Shown here in pieces: positions 53,264 through 64,000 of a DNA stretch of 64,000 nt (its first letter is position 1; the number at the start of each line of letters is the position of its first letter). Source of the stretch: the human T2T-CHM13v2.0 reference genome, Homo sapiens; assembly GCF_009914755.1 (NCBI RefSeq), contig NC_060928.1; one strand, 5' to 3'. Under the pieces are notes generated by a model. It made no database searches and was not told the origin of the DNA. It saw only the letters and a list, made by a program, of their open reading frames with translations. Position numbers and translations under genes: made by a program.

Positions 53264-56157
53264 CTGTAAAAAAGGTGGATTTGAGAGATTTAAAAATCAA
53301 ATTAATTAGTAAGAATAATTAACCCCTTTTTCCCACATGTGAATAATATTCTAATTCCTTAGTCCATGCTCCAGACCAAAAGTATCAGATGGAAAAGAGA
53401 GGTATATAAATACTGTCTATTTTTATTTTTTGATGTAAGTTAACGTTTATTAATAAAACAACTAGAGATATGAACATACAGACTCAATAAGAAGTAAAAG
53501 CAAGATGCAGAAATAAAAGTTAAATGTTCAGAAAGCAGCAGAATTTGATTGAGGGACCAGCATATGCGGGGGCAGTTGGAAATTAGAGTGTGTTCGTTAG
53601 AAGGTGTTGCTGAGAATTTTCCAGGAAGACAGAAAGAGATTTTAAAAGATGGAAAATCTTCAAGTTTCAGAAGATACGAAGAAAAAATTATGCTCAGCTT
53701 CATGTTCCAGGGATAATGTGTGTGAAGATGTGTGTGCCGGAACAAGATACATTTAAGAAAGTTCCTGAGGGGAGGTGTAGTGAAAGAGCCCTATCGGGAT
53801 TAAAGGCACATGCGTTGCTGTGATCTAGAAACAAGACTTTGTATCTGGAACTAAGCCAAAGAATGAGAATTGTCTCTAAGGAGAAAGCTAAGGGATTATG
53901 AATGGAGTTCACGAATGGAACACAAGAAACTATAAAAACACACAACATTGATAAGAGCAAATGTAACTAAGTTAATAGTGTTTGTATTTAATTATAATAT
54001 CTTTTACTAAAATAACATATTTTTTGCTAGAGTTTTGACCTAGAATATACAGCAGAGGGGGACTCTTGACTTTCCTATCCTCTAAAAGACAACAAAAACT
54101 CTGGGGTAGATATAGTCTTTTTTTTAAAGATGAGAAAATTACCAGGTAATTTATAGGACTCACTCAAAATCACATGATGTGAACTATGTAAGACTAGAAT
54201 TGAATTCTGCATTTTGGGGGCCTCCCCTCTTCCTTTTCCTAGTGGCAAAGGAACATCACAAGCAGTACATTGAGCCCCTGCAGTTAGACGCAAACAATGC
54301 TGATGCATACATACCACACATTGCTGTTGTTTCAGCCCACTGATAATGGGACAATTCCTTTCTTTGCCAATAAAATAAAAATGCGGAAAAGAGAAATCCC
54401 TTTCAGTGGTTTACTATATATAGAAACATCTCTATGTAGAAAATGTCTCAATGTAGAAAGACTGGGACAGCGTAAACATTTTTATTTTGTAGTAGGTTCA
54501 TATTTCTCAATCCATAAATCTTCAATATAGAAACAAAACCTAATTTCTTTGTTTTTTATGTCATCACAAACTCTCATTTAGTCAGACGCCAGAAAACTTA
54601 GGGAAGCCATGAGGAAGAGGGGCTCTCCTTTAGTCTTCTCACAGGCTCTAGCAGGTATTCTATCCCATTTGGTCCTTGGGCATGGACATTCTCCACGGGC
54701 TTTAACTGGGGCTTCTGTCTTTCCCTCTGTACTGTGGCCTCTTGGACCATGCTACTTTTCCCAGTGGCAGGGCCATTAGACACACTCTGAATTCTCTATC
54801 CTTTCTCTTTCTCTCTTTCCCTAATCTTTCTTGATGGACAGGGATGGTTTGGCTGCCACGACATACTTCTCTGGGCTGTGAGAACACTTGATGTGGCAAC
54901 CACGGGTTCTCTCTTTGTCAGTTAGCATTTATTTCCTACTGTCCCCTCCAAGCTCTGATGATGTGGGACATTTTCAAGTATTTCAGTGAAATCAGCACCA
55001 ACTACCTTCTACTTTTGTTTTTCAAATGTAACTGGGGGCCTTTTCTTACTGCCAACCATAGAATTAGTCTTGAGCAGTGAAGACTCAAGACTTCACCAGG
55101 ATGTATGGTGCTTTCAGGGGATTTTTATCTAGTCTGAAGCACAGGGAAGTTGGTACAGGGCAAGATAATTATGTCTATTCATTTCTTAAAATTCCAGAAT
55201 TTGATGCTTTTGTTCTCAGGATGCAGAATAGCTTCTCCCTTTAGGACAAGACCAGTATCATATATAGCACCCAAATATAGGAGAATCACAGAGATAAAAA
55301 GAGTTTAATCTCACTGCAATTATTTTTATTTCATTTTAAACAAAAACTTTACTTTTTCTCTATATTTCACAACACAGAGCTCTTCTGAGCTACACATTTT
55401 TGGGTAAATTTTTATAACATAGGGCAATGAGTGGCTGACCTTTATTTCATATCTTTGGGAATTTTTTTCCCCAATGTTGTCAATGACCACCTGCAATAAA
55501 AAATCATCTGGGATAGTTGTTTAAAATTAAAATGCAGGCCTAACCCAGATTTATTAAATAATGCCCTCTGGGGCTGAGCCTAGGTATCCACATGTTAACA
55601 GTTACACCTGAGGTATTCTTATGCTAATCAATTTTGAGAAACACTGATGCAGGATTAGATTAGGTTGAATTATTTCACTTGCTAGGACAGTTCAAACAGG
55701 AATATGTATAATTGGAGACGTTTCTTTAACAAAATAAGAAAAGATATCTAATATGTAATCATCTGATTAGAATGTCTTAATTGTGTGTCCTACATATTCC
55801 TAAAGAAAACTGTATTACTCCTAATGGTGATTTAATTTAAATGGAGAGTCCCCTAGATTTATATCACTTGAATCATGCTTAAGGGGATGAAATTTTGATT
55901 TGTGATAGTAACTACACAACAAAGTTGAGCATATTTTGGAAAAATTGTTGCTCATCTACGCTTGTGGAAGGACCATTTAAAATGCACACATACATGCATG
56001 TGCACACCCATAAATACACACACACCCCACATACGCACACCCCACACCACATGCACAACCTAAAATACTCATCTACTTTCTGTCAAGAAGAAGATTAGTA
56101 TGAGGGTCAAAACCTTTATTTTGTGCCTTGATTTTATGACTCCAAAGTGAAATATAC

Positions 56158-59010
<2,853 letters not shown>

Positions 59011-61759
59011 AACATTGTGGCCGTACTTCAATTTTTATATTTGTAAATTTCTTCAGAATGGTGGTGGATACCACTTTTATGCCTCCTCTCCTGGCTTGAG
59101 GCAGAATGCCTAATGAGGAACTAATGGCCCAAAAAAGAGAGCAAGTGGCAGAAGAAGGAGGAATTAGATAATCCTGTCTACAACCATAAGGGCTGCCTTT
59201 CATCTTTTTCCTAAACCTCTTTCAAAACTTGGCATCTGGGGAATGAAAATCTATTTCTTTAACTTAGAATGTGGAGTAAACTTAGCTTGAGCCTAGGGGA
59301 ATAAATTTTGTTCAGTTTGTGGAAATCCGCCTTATGATTTTAAATGAATTTTTTGCCTTCTTGCTTAATGAAGGCATCATGAGTGAATAACCATTCATAT
59401 GCCAGCCTGTAGGAGCCATTGCAATGTTGCATCTGTAGACTGCCTGTCACATCATTAACTTTAATCTTTTCTTAGTATTTAAAGGAGAAAGATGAAAGGG
59501 AAAGAAAAACTAATTAGTTTAAAAGATAGATGGTACATTCTTTTGAGTAGAATTTAATTTAAAATAAAAGTGTGAAATAGCTTTTATGAAAAAGGCCAGC
59601 ACAGGAGGAAAAGAAAAAGAAATGTGGAAGAAACGTAGATGAAGATCTTGAATGCTGGCTGGTGGTATTGGACATATTTTCCATACTTGAGCATCAGTTG
59701 TTAGTATGGGCTAAAGATTGATTAAAATGGTTTAATAACACACACATTCTAAAAAATCTGCCAGAAACATATTGTTCACCCTAAGAGTGTAATGACAAGA
59801 ATTTTAGGTCTTAAACTCTTAAATGATTTCTAAAGGGTCGTGTTGATTATTATGTCATGGGGTCCACAGTGAATATGTGTGGAAAAAACAGACTGAGCAA
59901 TCTAGAAAGCTAAATCTATAAGATCATGAGGCATGGCAAAGGACTTAACTTGCCTTGCTTTCAAGAAAAAACACACCACAACAGAGAGGAAGTAAATCAT
60001 GCATTTTTTCACTCTCTCTAGGTTTGAATATTCTTACTTTAATAGCTTTTGAACTCTAAAATTTGAGCTTTGATGTCTAACATTAGTGACCATGGTTAAA
60101 AAATTCATTGAAAGCTGCCTTATTAGTCTGGCCAGAGAAATGTAAAATTGCATACAACAGGTTAGATATTGAGAAAGACATATCTGGGATGTTTTGATAT
60201 CATTTTTAAGGGGTGTAGTCAAACCTCAATTTAGAAAAGTTTTGGTCTTTACATAAAAACATGATGCTAGAACAGTTTTTAAAGAGCTTCAATATCAAAG
60301 AAAAGGAAATCTGTACATGAGCTTTATACTTTAGAACAACACCTTAGAAGAATTATCTTGTGAAATATGGTATTACTTTTTAGGTGCAATATTGAGATAT
60401 TTTTAATCTCTAAGTATTAATTACAAATCTCTAAAATAGCTCCTGTATCTCCAAAATGCTTCCATTAGAATGAAGTGGCATTGTTAGAATTAGCACAACC
60501 TACAACTTGGCCCAAATTTTCTTTGTGTAGTTGTTTTCTATAGAAAGATGGAACCAAAAGCATCCTACCTCATTAGTTTGCATACAATTCTGAATTCTAC
60601 CCTGTAATTCGTATGAAAAGATTATGAAATTGAATTGAGTGACCTAAGAGGACAGTATCAACTTTATATCATTTATTATCTTTGTAGTTTCTGACTGAAC
60701 AAAAGTGCCATTTATAATTATCTCCTTCTAATTGTTATAGTTCAAAAACCAAAAATGGAAAATCTATATATGACAAATGAAAACTATCCTATAGGCATGA
60801 GTGTATCTAATAATTTATGTGTTCATTTTTCAATCATCTTTGCTGCCTCTTTACAAAAAAACATTCATACCTCCATAATGAATATTTCATCTTGAATATT
60901 TATCATGGAATGTGTTCTTTTAAGTTTTTAACATTACACTTTTTATTGGAGCTCTTAAATGTAGACGTAGTGTATCAAGTACTCCAGCAAAGCAATGTAG
61001 TGTTTTCTGTCCTTAATTTTCGTACATTATTACCTGAAAGACTGAATTATTTCATTAGTTTTGAATAATTTGAAAAAAATAGTTCATAGACGTCTAAAAT
61101 TTAAACTTTTTAATTTTTCATAAATAGTTTTCTCCAGGCAAGCATGTCTGATCAGAAACCTTAATCTGTAGGAAACCTGAGGAATGTTTCTTCCTCAAGA
61201 GAAGCATCATATCTTTTGGTCATCAAAATATAACAGTTTTGCAAAGAAATTTATGTAGGGGCAACAGAAAGAGAGCAAAACCCCATTTTGATAAGCGTAT
61301 AGTATGAAAACTATCATCAATATTCTAAATACCTCAGATTTGATGATATTATTGGTTAGATATTTTGAAATTGGTTTATTAGTTGAGATAGTATTGAACA
61401 ACTCTCTCAAGATATTCTTTCCTGTTTTCAGATCTCTTTAGCTCATGTGTTTTAAATGATTCTTTTTCTTTTTAACTCATGGTTAAAGTGACAACATCTG
61501 CAAAAAGAAAAAGAGAAAATTAGAATATGGAAAAAAAGCCATAAGTTCAAGGCAAAAAGATGGAGATGGTTCATTGAAGAAAAATGAATACTGTGAAGTT
61601 CCTTATTTCTTTCTTCATCTCCTGTGCTTTGTTTTTGCAAACCAATGCCAGTAATTCCAAATCAACAAATTGAGGTATGGTTCCTTACGGATGCAAACTG
61701 TCATATTTCACTTATCATTCTTAGATTTCACTTTGTCCCCAAACTCTTTCAGAGTAAGA

Positions 61760-62042
61760 GGCTGGGCATAGTGGCTTATACACTTTAGTAGGCTGAAGTG
61801 GGAGGATCACTTGAGGCCAGGAGTTTGAGACAACCCTTAGCAACATAACAAGACCCCATCTCTACTAAAAATTTAAACATTACCCGGGCATGGTGGCTTA
61901 TGCTTGTGGTTCCAGCAACTCAGGAGGCTGAGACAGGAGAGTCGCTTGAGCTCAGGAAGTCAAGGCTGCAGGGAACCCTGACTGTGCCACCACACTTCAG
62001 CCTAGGTGACAGAACAAGACCTGGTCTCTAAAAATAAATAGA
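61760..62042 (+). mobile_element. AluJ SINE
   Basis: ggctgggcatagtggc...ggaggatcacttgaggccaggagtttgagac...gtcaaggctgcag...ggtctctaaaaataaata. Confidence 0.92.
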
Positions 62043-63504
62043 TAAACTATAAAAGCTATAATAGATTGGGAAGGGTTGGTATTTTTGTTGGTATTTATAA
62101 ACAATGTATTCTATATTCTTATGCATCTGGTCACAGATTGGATTGTCTGGTATAGAAGCTATTTGGGTTTTTATTCACCAGTAGACTCCATTGAAACAAT
62201 AAAAACGTCCATTGTTTCTTAACTACAGTATTTTATTTACCTGTCTAAGATCATTAGTACAACGTACAGACAGGCTATTTTACCTAAATCCCAATCTCCA
62301 CAAATTATCTTGTGAATGATATCTCACTATTATTAGTACTCAAAGTCTCAGACTTAAACACTATTTCTTACCTTATCTAAGAGTCAACTTGCACTGGTGA
62401 TAAGTTTAGAAATACAATTACTTTATCCAGGAGATTGCCTACAATTAAAATGTCCCAAAGCATCTCTGACAGTGACCCATAGAACCTGGTGCCAAAGTGA
62501 TTATGCACAGTACTGAAATAAGCTAATGACCCTGGCTGTGGCTATGAAACTCTCTGTAGAAGAAATTAGCCCAACATGTTATGTAGATATATTAAGACAA
62601 GGAGAGCAACAGAGGCTTAAAACTTTGATCCTTCTGGGCAGACTGAAATTTTTGGCTGATGCGTTTAACCAAATGATTTGGGAAAGAGAAGGAGATGACA
62701 AGTCGTTAAGGCAGTACAATCACACGTCTTAAATGTTGGCTTCGTGGAGCATCTAATTCTCATTTCATTAACATACCAAGTAAGTTCCAGAGACACTAAA
62801 ACTCCAAATACGTTACATGTAAGTATGTGTACCGCAGAGTCATAAATGGGAGATTTTATCTGAAGGACTGAGATTTAATTGATATCATCGACTAAGGAGA
62901 GCTATGGTCTTTCATTGTAATCATGAAAAGCTAGTTATATTATCCTTAAGTCCCTTACCCATGTAAGAAAGATGGGTTGAGTCGATTGTAGAAATTAGTT
63001 CTGGAAGGGATTTTAGAGAGTGCAATGTTATATCTCTTATACAGGGGAGGAGAATGGAGGTATCTACCCTTTCTTCAAGCATAAGAGAAAGAAGCTTCAA
63101 TAGTATCATTTTTAAAGTTTGATGTGTATTACTTGAAGCTGAAGCAAACACAACAAACTTGTGTTTCATTCCTGCCTGAGAACCATGGAGCATAAGAGAA
63201 AAAGCCAGTTAGCTTCCTCTTGTAATGAGTGTGAAATGAAAGTTCCTGCTTTGGGACCATTGTGTATTTCCAGATTGGTCAGAACAAAGGATGCAGTGGT
63301 GTTTCTCATGCATGAGATATAGGCCACATATGTGGTACATTATAGGGCTCAAAATAAGTTATCTTTAACAGAGCCAGTAAGATGGCCCACAAAACCACAG
63401 CAGGTAAAAAATGGAAGTACGATTAAATCTCTTGGATCTAAAGTACCATTAGTTCTCATACAGAATTTAGGTGAACCTACTGGATGTTCTTGCCCTACTT
63501 AGGG

Positions 63505-63551
63505 AAACAACAACAATAACAACAACAACAACAACAAAAACAAACAAAACA
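63505..63551. repeat. (CAA)n microsatellite
   Basis: aaacaacaacaataacaacaacaacaacaacaaaaacaaacaaaac. Confidence 0.95.
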
Positions 63552-63642
63552 CTCCCAGTAACTGGGCAGAGCTTCAAAGAATTTATGAAAATATTCACAA
63601 GAGATCTGCCAGCCCCAAAAGCATTAAGCTGTGTTATAACAA

Positions 63643-64000
63643 TGATGCAGGGTGTTTTCTTGACCCCTTCACGGGACTCGTGACCAGGGTGCCTCATTTA
63701 CTCAGACTGCCCCACTCAACCCCTTGCAGGAGGGAGCATACTAGCAAATGAGTGCAGGTGCTGGCTGCCCTGGTGCTGGCAGGAGTGAATTCTGTGCGTG
63801 TCCCTCAGCACCGTCCAGTTGGGGGTACCTGCCACCCCCAAGGCCCCGGAGGGCATGTTACAATGCTGTCTTATTTCTGCCGTCTGCAGACAGCAGTGTG
63901 TTATCAGCTCAGTGGGCACTTCACCTCATTGTGTGGGGCAGCTGCCCTCTGCCAGTGAGGGCAAAGGGTCAGTTTGACACTCTTTTTGGGCACCCACAGC
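63643..64000 (-). mobile_element. LTR1-like ERV1 LTR, runs off the window end
   Basis: tgatgcagggtgttttcttgaccccttcacgggactcgtgaccagggtgcctcatttactcag...ggcaggagtgaattctgtgcg...gagggcatgttacaatgct; GC-rich. Confidence 0.7.

Noticed and set aside
62526-62732. 68-aa ATG ORF in unique sequence, and similar short ORFs such as 41489-41848
   Set aside because: No recognisable domain or exon context; length is within chance expectation, and the 41489 ORF overlaps a MIR.

Overview
AT-rich primate (human-like) non-coding DNA, intergenic or deep intronic. No host protein-coding exon is supportable: all long ORFs in the track come from LINE-1 ORF1/ORF2, Alu or low-complexity sequence. Much of the window is interspersed repeat. 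This includes a full-length, TSD-flanked L1PA6-like element on the minus strand (14541-20682), several 5'-truncated L1s, Alus, MaLR/ERVL/ERV1 LTRs, a two-LTR ERV1 nested in a MER34-type LTR, and L2/MIR/CR1 fossils. Repeat subfamily names are from recalled consensus sequences and need RepeatMasker/Dfam confirmation. The most unusual signal is a 196-bp ungapped inverted repeat of apparently unique sequence (37042-37237 vs 40288-40483; 186/196 identical by manual alignment) enclosing a 3,050-bp spacer with no obvious repeats. It is a candidate long-range RNA duplex, invertible segment or duplicated enhancer pair. Other notable items are a probable template-switch inversion inside the ERV, a perfect 34-bp fold-back in an MLT2 LTR, a readable CR1/L3 reverse-transcriptase fossil and a CpG-enriched candidate promoter near 6.6-7.0 kb.
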